A stretch of DNA of 64,000 nt from Eledone cirrhosa (taxonomy: Eukaryota). This document shows, piece by piece, positions 42,510 to 53,876 of this stretch. The first letter of the stretch is position 1. Every line of letters begins with the position of its first letter. The notes beneath the pieces were generated by a model. The model was not told where the DNA came from and did no database searches. It worked only from the letters and a program-made list of their open reading frames with translations. The stretch lies in NCBI GenBank assembly GCA_964016885.1, contig OZ024743.1, positions 293,136,001-293,200,000 on the forward strand. The letters run 5' to 3'. The position numbers and the translations under genes are program-made.

Positions 42510-42514
<5 letters not shown>
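38485..42514 (+). mobile_element. Dong-like R4-clade element (family B), apparently full length, in (TAA)n
   Basis: TAA repeats at both ends; structured 5' UTR; single disrupted ORF. Confidence 0.9.
38725..42374 (+). pseudogene. Disrupted R4/Dong polyprotein (Myb-like, RT, CCHC, RLE)
   Basis: [54 protein letters not shown]...HIISMC, RH, R.DIIL, IPVVVGALG; stops/frameshifts near 39670, 41005, 41418, 41790, 42311. Confidence 0.92.

Positions 42515-42562
<48 letters not shown>
42515..42562. repeat. (AAT)n shared by the Dong 3' end and the Tx1 3' end
   Basis: Direct reading. Confidence 0.97.
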
Positions 42563-42564
<2 letters not shown>

Positions 42565-42824
42565 TTTCTTTATTAACCACAAGGGTTTACATAAAGTAGA
42601 CATTAAGGACAGTGCAGGACAATGCAGGACGGTACAAATGGGCATTTCTGCGTGTAAAAAAAGAAAAACAGAGGATGTAACAAAAATAACAATGAAAATA
42701 ACAATGAAAAATTCCCCAATAGGGGGGAGACTTCGGAGGGACATTTGTGGAGAAAGCCCAGTAAAAAGCCATAATGACCCTGACCACCAAGGCAAGTGCC
42801 CTCTCCCAGTTTTCCACCTTTAGT

Positions 42825-45800
42825 TTACAGATATATACTCAGAGTCGGCCCATTCACTCGGGCCATTCTTGCTTCTCTCACCCATCTTTCAACAAAATGC
42901 TGGGAAGAGAGCACTTCCTTCTCTACTCTGATTTTCCTTTTCAAATGAAATTTGAAAAAGTCAATCAGAGCATCACCGAAGAGGTAAGTGCTCGTCTTCA
43001 GCCCTTTCAAACGTGTCCACCATACTATCTCTTTCGCCATGGCCACCAGACAGATAAAAACTGCCTGCCCTTCCCGGCTAAAGGAGGAGGGCGGGGCAAT
43101 CCTCACGATAGACTCAGATGATAGCTGGATCCGTCCTAAACGCGACAGCAGGTGTTCGACATAAACCCACAAGTCAGCAATTTTCGGACACTGGACGAGT
43201 GCGTGCAGGACGGTTTCGTCGCCCTGCGCGCATCTCGGACATGCCCGGCTGACGGCACCTCCATGCCTGTAGAGTTTATCCCGAACTGGCAAGGCTCCTC
43301 GGTAGCACTGCCAGGCCAGAGATTTCTGGAAGTTGTCCATAGGCCCTGGCCCGAAAGTTCTTCCGAAGAGATTGGCTAGTTGATTTTCGTCGACGCCTAG
43401 AGTTTCCCCAAGTACGTCGTCGCTCTTCCCCTCCACTAATCCTCTATAGAACGCCGAGGTGGAGTTTCCACCGATCACATTGCCCGATTGGTCGAGGGCT
43501 GTGAGCGCCTGAAGACATTCCAGTCTCCAGGCGCTCCCTCTCGGTCTTCGCTTGACCCAGGACTGCAGCTCCGTCAAGGAAACGAGCTGGGGAAAAACGC
43601 GTCTAGCAAACGGCGACCACACCTGATCACCGTCGAGGAAGAGGTGGAGATGTCGTAGCCTGAGCGCGTGCCTGCGCATCATCAGCCACGGCATGCCCAG
43701 CCCTCCACGTAGCGGGTGTTGACAACAGATGGACCGCCTGACCATCGGAGCACGTCCCTTCCACAAAAAGCGAAAGAGCAAACGCTCCAGCGCAGTCAGG
43801 CGAGGCTTAGGACAAGGTACGACGGTTAGGCGGTAGCAGATGACAGACGCGATGTACGCGTTAGCCACCTCCGCTCGACCTTTCAGGGATAGCTTCCTCT
43901 CCGCCCATTTCTGGGTGAGAGAAGCCACCCTGCTCGTCACCTCGTCCCAGTTTTTGTCCGTCTGGAGGTCCGGACCGAACCAGACCCCTAGCAATTTAAC
44001 CGGTCCGTCCGTCCAGCGCCCGACGACGCTGTTGGACGGCATGGACCTGCCTCTCCAGGTGCCGAGCTGCAGGCCCACTGACTTTTCCTGGTTGATCATT
44101 GCTCCTGTCACTGCTTCGTATTCTCTTAGTGTAGTGCCGATCGCCTCGATGTGTTTGGCGTTCGACACCACTACGGTGACATCGTCCGCATATGCTGACA
44201 CGGATCTTCCGCATCCTAGTTCGCGCGGGACTCCCCTCAACGTCTCCAGTTTGTGCAGTAATGGCTCGAGAGTCAATACGTACAAGAGGGACGAGAGGGG
44301 ACATCCTTGGCGGACCGAGCGCATGATGTTGAACGGTTCCGACAGGTGACCGTTCACTCTCACCACAGAGCAGATGTCGCTGTGCATGGCAGCGATCCAG
44401 CCTCTGAAGACGGGCCCAAAGCCAGCCGCCCTCAGGACTGCCGCTAGGTAACGATGGTCGACCCTATCGAAAGCTTTCGACTGATCTAAATTGATCAAGG
44501 ACCCACCCGTGCCAGGTTCCCTAGCTACCCTCTCTACGATGTATCGCATGAGGTGGAGGTTGTCGTGGATGGATCTGTCGGGAATGGCGCATGTCTGCGC
44601 CTCTCCCACCAGACCACCAACGACAAGCGCCAACCTCTTTGCTAGCACCTTGGCCAAAATCTTAAACTCTGTGTTTAGCAGAGTTATGGGCCGGAAATTG
44701 TCTATGTTATCCCCCTTGTTCGGATCCTTTCTCAGCAGTGCCACCGCTCCTCGGCTCACAGAACTGGGAATTCTCCCGTTCTGTTGCCAGTTGCAGTAGA
44801 CGTCCGCCAAGAGGCCTCCGAACAAGTCTGGCATCTGTACGTAAAGTTCATAGGGCAGACCATCCAAACCAGGCGATTTACCCCTTGTGCAGCCAGTCAT
44901 TGCCTCCCGTACTTCAGCGGCTGTTATTGGCTTTTCGCAACACTTCGCCTCAGTGGCCGAGAGCCGCGGCAGTCCGTCGAGGTAGACACTAAAGTCCATC
45001 CCTCTACCCGGCCCCCCGCTGCCCCCGAACAGCTGAGCGAAGTGTCGCTGAAAAGCTTCACACATTTGCCCGGGATCGAGTAGCATGCGCCCGTCGTGGT
45101 CCACCAAAGACCGGATCGTGGCTTTGTTGCCACGACGCGCCTCCGCCACTCGGGCCCATTGAACGGCTTTCGTCCCCTCGTGTCTGAGAGCACGCACCCT
45201 AGCTCTGACAACGCAGCCTTCGTGCTTTGCATTGAAGAATTGGTCAAGGGCCAATTTCGCCGCAAGCACGTCGGTCGCAATGCCTTTGCTAAGCGCCTCG
45301 TCTAATTTTCTAACTAGTTCTCCCTCTGCTCTATTTTTCTCTATTGCTAAAGCCTTACTAAACCTAATCGATTCTATTCTAATCGCTCTTTTCAGAGCAA
45401 ACCACCACTTGTTGTTGACGATGGCCCCCGTCAACGCCCGCTTAACTAGTTCGCTAATCCGGTCTCTGTAGGCCTTGCGCGCTGGTAAGGACGCGTTTAG
45501 CTTCCAGTAGCCGGGTCCTCGTCTATGAAGCCTATCTAAGTCAAGCACACAGGTCACGAATTTGTGGTCCGTGTAGCTGACTATCTTGAATTGTGGACAG
45601 CCTATGCTAGACCTATCTATTTCCCTACAAAATACTCTATCTAGATATGATCTGGATGACCCTATGCGGTTTGTCCAAGTCCACATTGGCACATTCGGGA
45701 AATCCAATCGGTACCTGTCAGACAGTTCAAAACGCCTGAGCAGGTTGGTGAGGCTCTTGCACCCTCCACCCCTATCCGCTAATCCCACACAGTCCCAGCG

Positions 45801-46244
45801 TGCATCTAAGATCCCGTTCCAGTCGCCCACTAACACTAAAGAGCGGGACGTTCCAAGAAAGGTCTCCAGACGCCGGAAGAAATCAGGCCGCCCTGCTCCT
45901 GTCGGGGCATAGACGGCCACTAGCCTGAAAGCTTGCCCGTCTCCGCTGGTCACGTCCAGCACCACCAGCTTACCCTCTGGGTCCAGGAAGATGGCCCGTA
46001 TGGCGAGATCCAAACCTCTCCGAAAAAGCACAGCAACTCCTCCACCGGATCCAGGACGGCTGGGAGATGCGTACACATCGTAGCCGCCGAAGATCGGTGC
46101 GAAGGCCCGTGCTTCGGAGATTCTGGTCTCGCTGATGGCCACTACATCTATGTTTAGTGACCTGAGGTCGTTGAGCAGGTGACCCTGCTTCCATGACGAC
46201 CCCAAGCCACGCGCATTTATGCTGCCTATTCTGAGTGAGGTCAT
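42825..46244 (-). CDS. Tx1 ORF2p: APE endonuclease + RT + C-terminal Zn motif, 1139 aa, intact
   Basis: INARG, SET, VYAP, GDWN, LDR, TDH; KSPGLDG, FRPITLLN, LDQSKAFDRVDH, RQGCPLS, YADD; CPRC...ETVLHALVQC. Confidence 0.95.
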   Translation of the reverse strand: MTSLRIGSINARGLGSSWKQGHLLNDLRSLNIDVVAISETRISEARAFAPIFGGYDVYASPSRPGSGGGVAVLFRRGLDLAIRAIFLDPEGKLVVLDVTSGDGQAFRLVAVYAPTGAGRPDFFRRLETFLGTSRSLVLVGDWNGILDARWDCVGLADRGGGCKSLTNLLRRFELSDRYRLDFPNVPMWTWTNRIGSSRSYLDRVFCREIDRSSIGCPQFKIVSYTDHKFVTCVLDLDRLHRRGPGYWKLNASLPARKAYRDRISELVKRALTGAIVNNKWWFALKRAIRIESIRFSKALAIEKNRAEGELVRKLDEALSKGIATDVLAAKLALDQFFNAKHEGCVVRARVRALRHEGTKAVQWARVAEARRGNKATIRSLVDHDGRMLLDPGQMCEAFQRHFAQLFGGSGGPGRGMDFSVYLDGLPRLSATEAKCCEKPITAAEVREAMTGCTRGKSPGLDGLPYELYVQMPDLFGGLLADVYCNWQQNGRIPSSVSRGAVALLRKDPNKGDNIDNFRPITLLNTEFKILAKVLAKRLALVVGGLVGEAQTCAIPDRSIHDNLHLMRYIVERVAREPGTGGSLINLDQSKAFDRVDHRYLAAVLRAAGFGPVFRGWIAAMHSDICSVVRVNGHLSEPFNIMRSVRQGCPLSSLLYVLTLEPLLHKLETLRGVPRELGCGRSVSAYADDVTVVVSNAKHIEAIGTTLREYEAVTGAMINQEKSVGLQLGTWRGRSMPSNSVVGRWTDGPVKLLGVWFGPDLQTDKNWDEVTSRVASLTQKWAERKLSLKGRAEVANAYIASVICYRLTVVPCPKPRLTALERLLFRFLWKGRAPMVRRSICCQHPLRGGLGMPWLMMRRHALRLRHLHLFLDGDQVWSPFARRVFPQLVSLTELQSWVKRRPRGSAWRLECLQALTALDQSGNVIGGNSTSAFYRGLVEGKSDDVLGETLGVDENQLANLFGRTFGPGPMDNFQKSLAWQCYRGALPVRDKLYRHGGAVSRACPRCAQGDETVLHALVQCPKIADLWVYVEHLLSRLGRIQLSSESIVRIAPPSSFSREGQAVFICLVAMAKEIVWWTRLKGLKTSTYLFGDALIDFFKFHLKRKIRVEKEVLSSQHFVERWVREARMARVNGPTLSIYL

Positions 46245-46279
46245 GTTTAAAATAGAGTGGAAAAGATGGGAAAGACCAC

Positions 46280-48406
46280 TTACCGTACTTTTGGTAGAGG
46301 AGGGATGGTTTTTACATCCCTTTTCACTTGATCGTCTGGTGAAGGGACCGTTGAATCGTCCCTTCGGCTGGTCGTCGGCTCTTCTAAGAGAATGTCTGAA
46401 TATACTCTTCGATTAATGGTTCCTCCTAGGTCCCTGAAATCACCAACTGCGTTGGGGAATTTCGTTTTAATGTTTGTGTATTGTTTCTGTGCTATTTTTA
46501 GCAGTCTTATGTTAGTTGGCGTTTTGATTGGTGCTGGTATTATGTAGTCCTGTTGTGAAATGTCTGTGTGTTCAATTATGTAAGTCATTAGTTTCTTGTT
46601 GTGTGTGTTTATTGCCATGCATTTGTTTTTCTGGGGGTGGGGTGTGGTTCTGCTATTTTCTTGTCGTTGTTGCTGGGTGTGTGTGTTTTGTTGTTGTGTT
46701 TGCGATGTTGGTGCTTGTGGTGGTGGTGTTGAAGGTGTTGTTGGCGGTGGGGTTGTCGCCGGTGGTGATGGTGGTGCTGGTGTGGGTGGTGATGGTGTTG
46801 GTGGTGTTGCTGCTGTGGGTCTCTTTGCAGTAGACTTTACCCTTTTCTCATTTCTTTCCTCCCTTTTCAAAGGCGACGATGCGCTGCTTCTGCGTTTGTG
46901 CCTTCTTACGACCTTTTGCCATCCCTCTCCCACCTCACACTCCATGTCTGATTCTGTAAGGTCGGGGAGGGGTACCAGCTCCACTCTTTCACTTGTTGTT
47001 GTTGGTGATGTTTGCACTGGAGTCTCTGTTGCAGCTGCATTTGGTATTGCTGTTGTTGTTGTTAATATTTCCACTGCTGCTGCTGTCTTTGATTTCCGTG
47101 GAGTGGGTATGGGTGCCACGGACCTATCGTTCCTGGTTGCCGCTTGTCCTGTTGCTGGTAGCCGTGGAACCGGATTCGGGAGGAGGGGGGTTTTCTCCTT
47201 TCTCATGGTCTTCTCGTTGCAGAAGGCCCTGAGGTGAGTCTTCGATCCACAGCGAAAGCATTTCGGGCGTTTGCCCTCAACACTTATGGGCAGTTGAGTG
47301 CCGTTATCGAAGTCTATCACATCCGGGATAGCTTCGATGCACTCCTGGTTGGTTTGGATTAGCATCTCAATGGAGGAGCCGACCCAATCTTCTCTTACTT
47401 TTTTCTGTACTTGCAGTACAGTTGTTTTGTCCTCGATTCCGACGAGGACAGACGCGGCCAGCCAAGAAGGGGTCATTCCGGGGGGGACGTGGGTCAGTTT
47501 GACCCTCACAATTTTTTGCCCACAGTAGGAGGGCACCAACACCATTTCCTCGCTCCTTAGGGTCACTACTGATTGGGCCTTTGCCTCCTGGGGTGTGGCA
47601 AAAAGTACGTCTACGGTGGCGTATTTTTTGCCTCGGGTGATGTGCGTTTTCCTCTGCCACACAGACCCCAAGGCTTTTTGTATTTGGGCCTCTGTGGCTC
47701 TTTCCACCCTACGGGATTTTGTACTTACTGTACGGTACGTGACCGTACAGTGCTCTTGGGTTTCGAAAAAATTTTTCGCTGCCTTGCAGATTGCTCGGTG
47801 TCCGTTCTTTGTCACCATCTTCTTCGCTTCCTCTAATTCCTCATTTGTTATGAGGATTGTTTCCAGGTTTTTCGCAATACCTGCAAATGAGATTGGTTTT
47901 TCTCTGCTGTTGTTGTTGTCGTCAGAGCTGCTGGTACTTTTGTTGCTGCAGGTACTACGACTACTGCCTCCGCCGCTGTTGCTGTGGTTGTTGTTGGTGT
48001 TGCTGCTGCTAATGCTGTTGTTGTTTATGCTGCTGGTGATGCTGTTGCGGCTGCTACTGTTGTTTTCATTGTCACTGTTGCTGTTGTTATTACGGCTGCT
48101 ACTGCTATTATTCCTGACGTCAGACGAATGAACTGGGTTTTCGTATTTCCCGCACACCTGTTTCGTCGCTGTCGTCGTCGTCGTGGAGAAACCTTGCACG
48201 CTTTGCACGAGACTTTTCTTTTCTTTCGTGGCTTGCGAAAGAGAAGGGAGGGAGAGAGACACATTTAAAGAAGGGAGGGAGAGAGACAATCTTCTCTCTG
48301 CTGTAGTGATGATTGAGGAAGAAGAAGACGGAATGAGTGGGAGTGACGTATGAAATTTCTTTTTGGTAGCCATGTTTTTTTGTTTAAAATGAAATTTTGG
48401 GTACAA
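46280..48406 (-). CDS. Tx1 ORF1p, gag-like with CCHC knuckle, up to 708 aa, open
   Basis: CFRCGSKTHLRAFC knuckle, S/N-rich and P/T-rich disordered regions, basic patch; start codon uncertain. Confidence 0.85.
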   Translation of the reverse strand: MYPKFHFKQKNMATKKKFHTSLPLIPSSSSSIITTAERRLSLSLPSLNVSLSLPSLSQATKEKKSLVQSVQGFSTTTTTATKQVCGKYENPVHSSDVRNNSSSSRNNNSNSDNENNSSSRNSITSSINNNSISSSNTNNNHSNSGGGSSRSTCSNKSTSSSDDNNNSREKPISFAGIAKNLETILITNEELEEAKKMVTKNGHRAICKAAKNFFETQEHCTVTYRTVSTKSRRVERATEAQIQKALGSVWQRKTHITRGKKYATVDVLFATPQEAKAQSVVTLRSEEMVLVPSYCGQKIVRVKLTHVPPGMTPSWLAASVLVGIEDKTTVLQVQKKVREDWVGSSIEMLIQTNQECIEAIPDVIDFDNGTQLPISVEGKRPKCFRCGSKTHLRAFCNEKTMRKEKTPLLPNPVPRLPATGQAATRNDRSVAPIPTPRKSKTAAAVEILTTTTAIPNAAATETPVQTSPTTTSERVELVPLPDLTESDMECEVGEGWQKVVRRHKRRSSASSPLKREERNEKRVKSTAKRPTAATPPTPSPPTPAPPSPPATTPPPTTPSTPPPQAPTSQTQQQNTHTQQQRQENSRTTPHPQKNKCMAINTHNKKLMTYIIEHTDISQQDYIIPAPIKTPTNIRLLKIAQKQYTNIKTKFPNAVGDFRDLGGTINRRVYSDILLEEPTTSRRDDSTVPSPDDQVKRDVKTIPPLPKVR

Positions 48407-48848
48407 AACCCCAATAACTGGTTATTTAACCCCGAAGGGCCAAATAACGGACAGAAAGACCCCTCTCACGAGGAGGAGGGTGTCTTTATCAACAATTTGG
48501 TTCAAGTTTTAAACAATTTACAATTGTTTTAACGGTTAAAAATTACTATACCTTACAGAGCCGAGCCTCCGTCAACCATGGCATTCAATAATAATAATAA
48601 TAATAATAATGTTTTCTTTATTAACCACAAGGGTTCACATAAAGTAGACATTAAGGACAGTACAGGACAATACAGGACGGTACAAATGGGCATTTCTGCG
48701 TGTAAAAAAACAGAGGTTGAAATAAAATAACAAAGAAAAATTCCCCAATAGGGGGGAGACTTCCAAGGGACATTTGTGGAGAAAGCCCATTAAAAGACCA
48801 CAGTGGCCCTGACCACCAGGGCAAGTGCCCTCTCCCAGTTTTCCACCT

Positions 48849-51800
48849 TTAATTTACAGACACATACTCAGAGAAGGCCCATTCATTCGGGCCATACTTG
48901 CTTCTCTCACCCATCTTTCAACAAAATGCTGGGAAGAGAGCACTTCCCTCTCTACCCTGATTTTCCTTTTCAAATGAAATTTGAAAAAGTTAATCAGGGC
49001 ATCACCGAAGAGGTAAGTGCTCGTCTTCAGCCCTTTCAAACGTGTCTACCATACTATCTCTTTCGCCATGGCCACCAGACAGATAAAAACTGCCTGCCCT
49101 TCCAGGCTAAAGGAAGGGGGCGGGGCAATCCTCACGATGGACTCAGCTGATAGCTGGATCCGTCCTACACGTGACAGCAGGTGTTCGACATAAACCCACA
49201 AGTCAGCAATGCTCGGACACTGGACGAGTGCGTGCAGGACGGTTTCGTCGCCCTGCGCGCATCTCGAACATGCCCGGCTGACGGCACCTCCATGCCTGTA
49301 GAGTTTATCCCGAACTGGCAAAGCTCCTCGGTAGCACTGCCAGGCCAGGGATTTCTGGAAGTTGTCCATAGGCCCCGGCCCGAAAGTCCTTCCGAAGAGA
49401 TTGGCTAGTTGATTTTCGTCGACGCCTAGAGTTTCTCCAAGTACGTCGTCGCTCTTCCCCTCCACTAATCCCCTATAGAACGCCAAGGTGGAGTTTCCAC
49501 CGATCACATTGCCCGATTGGCCGAGGGCTGTGAGCGCCTGAAGACATTCCAGTCTCCAAGCGCTCCCTCTCGGTCTTCGCTTGACCCAGGACTGCAGCTC
49601 CGTCAAGGAGACGAGCTGGGGAAAAACGTGTCTCGCAAACGGCGACCACACCTGATCACCGTCGAGGAAGAGGTGGAGATGTCGTAGCCTGAGCGCGTGT
49701 CTGCGCATCATCAGCCACGGCATGCCCAGCCCTCCACGTAGCGGGTGTTGACAGCAGATGGACCGCCTGACCATCGGAGCGCGTCCCTTCCACAAGAAGC
49801 GAAAGAGCAAACGCTCCAGCGCAGTCAGGCGGGGCTTAGGACAAGGTACGACGGTCAGGCGGTAGTAGATGACGGATGCGATGTACGCATTCGCCACCTC
49901 CGCTCGACCTTTCAGGGATAGCTTCCTCTCGGCCCATTTCTGGGTGAGAGAAGCCACCCTGCTCGTCACCTCGTCCCAGTTTTTGTCCGTCTGGAGGTCT
50001 GGACCGAACCAGATCCCTAGCAATTTAACCGGTCCGTCCGTCCAGCGCCCGACGACGCTGTTGGACGGCATGGACCTGCCTCTCCAGGTGCCGAGCTGCA
50101 GGCCCACTGACTTTTCCTGGTTGATCATTGCTCCTGTCACCGCTTCGTATTCTTTTAGTGTAGTGCCGATCGCCTCGATGTGTTTGGCGTTCGACACCAC
50201 TACGGTGACATCGTCGGCATATTCTGACACGGATCTTCCGCATCCTAGTTCGCGCGGGACCCCCCTCAAAGTCTCCAGTTTGTGCAGTAATGGCTCGAGA
50301 GTCAATACGTACAATAGGGACGAGAGGGGACATCCTTGGCGGACCGAGCGCATGATGTTGAACGGTTCCGAAAGGTGACCGTTCACTCTCACTACAGAGC
50401 AGATGTCGCTGTGCATGGCAGCGATCCAGCCTCTGAAGACGGGCCCAAAGCCAGCCGCCCTCAGGACTGCCGTTAGGTAACGATGGTCGACCCTATCGAA
50501 GGCTTTCGACTGATCTAAATTGATCAAAGACCCACCCGTGCCAGGTTCCCTAGCTACCCTCTCTACGATGTATCGCATGAGGTGGAGGTTGTCGTGGATG
50601 GATCTGTCGGGAATGGCGCATGTCTGTGCCTCTCCCACCAGACCACCAACGACAAGCGCCAACCTCTTTGCTAGCACCTTGGCCAAAATCTTGAACTCTG
50701 TGTTTAGCAGAGTTATGGGCCTAAAATTATCTATGTTATCCCCCTTGTTCGGATCCTTTCTCAGCAGCGCCACCGCTCCTCGGCTCACAGAGCTGGGAAT
50801 TCTCCCGTTCTGTTGCCAGTTGCAGTAGACGTCCGCCAAGAGGCCTCCGAACAAGTTTGGCATTTGTACGTAAAGTTCATAGGGCAGACCATCCAAACCA
50901 GGCGATTTACCCCTTGTGCAACTAGTCATTGCATCCCGTACTTCAGCGGTTGTTATCGGCTTTTCGCAACACTCCGCCTCAGTGGCCGAAAGCCGCGGCA
51001 GTCCGTCGAGGTAGACACTAAAGTCCATCCCTCGATCCGGCCCGCCACTGCCCCCGAACAGTTGAGGGAAGTGTCGCTGAAAAGCTTCACACATTTTCCC
51101 GGGATCGAGTAGCATGCGCTCGTCGTGGTCCACCAAAGACCGGATCGTGGCTTTGTTGCCACGACGCGCCTCCGCCACTCGGGCCCATTGAACGGCTTTC
51201 GTCCCCCCGTGTCTGAGAGCACGCACCCTAGCTCTGACAACGCAGCCTTCGTGCTTTGCATTGAAGAATTGGTCAAGGGCCAATTTCGCCGCAAGTACGT
51301 CGGTCGCGATGCCTTTGCTAAGCGCCTCATCTAATTTTCTAACTAATTCTCCCTCTGCTCTATTTTTCTCTATTGCTAAAGTCTTACTAAACCTAATGGA
51401 CTCTATTCTAATTGCTCTTTTCAGAGCAAACCACCACTTGTTGTTGACGATGGCCCCCGTCAACGCCCGCTTAACTAGTTCGCTAATCCGGTCTCTGTAG
51501 GCCTTGCGCGCTGGTAAGGACGCGTTTAGCTTCCAGTAGCCGGGTCCTCGTCTATGAAGCCTATCTAAGTCAAGCACACAGATCACGAATTTGTGGTCCG
51601 TGTAGCTGACTATCTTGAATTGTGGACAGCCTATGCTAGACCTATCTATTTCCCTACAAAATACTCTATCTAGATATGATCTGGATGACCCTATGCGATT
51701 TGTCCAAGTCCACATTGGTACATTCGGGAAATCCATTCGGTACCTGTCAGACAGTTCAAAACGTCTGAGCAGGTTGGTGAGACTCTTGCACCCTCCTTCC

Positions 51801-52266
51801 CTATCCACTATTCCCACACAATCCCAGCGTGCATCTAAGATCCCGTTCCAGTCGCCCACTAACACTAAAGAGCGGGACGTTCCAAGAAAGGTCTCCAGAC
51901 GCCGGAAGAAATCAGGCCGCCCTGCTCCTGTCGGGGCATAGACGGCCACTAACCTGAAAGCTTGCCCGTCTCCGCTGGTCACGTCCAGCACCACCAACTT
52001 ACCTTCTGGGTCCAGGAAGATGGCCCGTATGGCAAGATCCAAACCTCTCCGAAAAAGCACAGCAACTCCTCCCCCGGACGGCTGGGAGATGCGTACACAT
52101 CGTAGCCGCCGAAGATCGGTGCGAAAGCCTGTGCTTTGGAGATTCTGGTCTCGCTGATGGCCACTACATCTATGTTTAGTGACCTGAGGTCGTTGAGCAG
52201 GTGGCCCTGCTTCCATGACGACCCCAAGCCACGCGCATTTATGCTGCCTATTCTGAGTGAGGTCAT
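48849..52266 (-). pseudogene. Tx1 ORF2 with a frameshift near 52075 and a premature TAG near 49047
   Basis: Collinear with 42825-46244. Confidence 0.92.
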
Positions 52267-52300
52267 GTTGAAAAGGAGTGGAAAAGATGGGAAAGACCAC

Positions 52301-53875
52301 TTACCTTACTTCTCGTAGGGGAAGGACGGTTTTTCCATCCTTTTCACTGCTTGTGGCCTCCTCAGGAAGGATGTCCTTATAAATCCTCCTGGAGAGTGCT
52401 TGTCGGAAGTCTCCGATGTCTTTTGGGAATTTTTGTTTTAGTGTCATGTACGTTTTCTGTGTGATGCGAGTGATTTGTATGTGTGGAGGAGGTGTGAATT
52501 TTGTAGTTGTTGTGTAGTCTTTTTCTGTGATGCTGGTGTTGTGTTGGATGTAGTGTAATAATTGCTAGTTGTTCAAATTTAATGCTGTGTAGTGTGTATC
52601 GTTTTGGTTGATTTGTTTTGTTTGCGTTTGTTGTGGGTTTGTTTCTGTTTCGCTTTTTGGTGACTTTTGTGGTGTAGGTGATGGTGGTGCTGGGGATAAT
52701 GATGGTGATGGTGTTGGTGTTTGAGTTGATGGGGTTGGTGATGCTGGTGTGGATGGTGGCATATCTGTCCTAACTTTTTTGTTTCTTAGTTTATTTGTTT
52801 CCCTCTGTATTTTGTTTTTGGAGGGGGAAGGAAGAGAATTTTTTCTTTTTTGGTTTCTTTGTTTTTTTCCGGATATCGTTTCCCACTCCTCGTCGTCACA
52901 ATCTGTCTCCAGTTGTGATAGGCCGGGGAGTGGAAAATCCTCCACAGCCGTTAGTTTTGGTTGTGGTGTGGTGGATGGTGTAGGCGCTGGTGCTAGTTCT
53001 GAAGCGTTTGGTGGTGGTGGTGTTGGTTTTGCTGGTGGTGGTAGTGGTGTTGGTTTTGCTACTGTTGCTGGGGTTGTTGCTGTTATAGTTGCTTCTGTTG
53101 TTGCTGCTACAGTTGTTGCTGCCATCTCTGCTACTGGTGGTGTTGATGGTTGTGTCACTGGGGTGGGTAGGAGAGGTGGCCTCAACCTTTTAGCCTGAGG
53201 GCAGAAAGCCCTTAGGTGGGTTCCTTCACCACAAACGACACACCTAGGTCTTCTGCCCTCGACAATTACCGTGAGGTGGCTGCCGTCAGTGAGGTCTATT
53301 ACCTCTGGGATCTCCTCAATGCTTTTTTGGTCCGCTTGGATCAGGAGCTCCATCCCAGATCCGGACCAGTTTTCCTGCTTTTCTTTTGCTATTGTTATTA
53401 TTTTCGTGTTGGCCTCGATGCCGGCGATGACAGCCGCTATTAGCCAGGGAATTTCGATGGCCGGTGGAACGTGGGTCACCCTGATCTTTACGAGTCTCTG
53501 GCCACAATAGCTTGGGACGAGTGTGAAGTCGTCACTTTTTAATGGGGCCATGGAGTGTTCTCTAGCCTCCTCTGGTGTTTCAAAGAACACATCCACGGTT
53601 CCATACTTTTGCCCACGTCTGATGTGGGTTTTTCTTGCCCACACATGTCCCAAAGCTTTTTGGATTTGGGACTCGGATGCCCGTTCCACTCGGCGCGATT
53701 TTACATTTATTGTTCTATACGACACGGTGCATAGGCGCCGATGCTCCATTTTATTAGGTGGGGGGGTGAGGCTGACCCTGTACCCATCTTTCTTTACCAT
53801 TTGTTTGGCATTTTCTAAATCTTCTTGAGTTACCGTGAACGCTTCGAATTGTTTTGCTACGATGGCTGGAATGGA
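52301..53875 (-). pseudogene. Divergent Tx1 ORF1, 5'-truncated, premature stop at 52565
   Basis: CVVCGEGTHLRAFC knuckle; ends ...TVLPLREVR* like copy 1 ...TIPPLPKVR*. Confidence 0.85.
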
Positions 53876-53876
53876 A

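Larger units (their letters stand above)
42563..48586 (-). mobile_element. Full-length Tx1-clade LINE, copy 1 (~6.0 kb), inserted in (ATT)n
   Basis: Two open ORFs; (AAT)n on both sides; 3' end AATAAAGAAATC runs directly into ATT repeats. Confidence 0.93.

Noticed and set aside
43152-53828. Plus-strand and alternate-frame ORFs duplicated within the Tx1 copies
   Set aside because: Antisense or shadow frames of GC-rich ORF1/ORF2; their duplication just reflects the two copies
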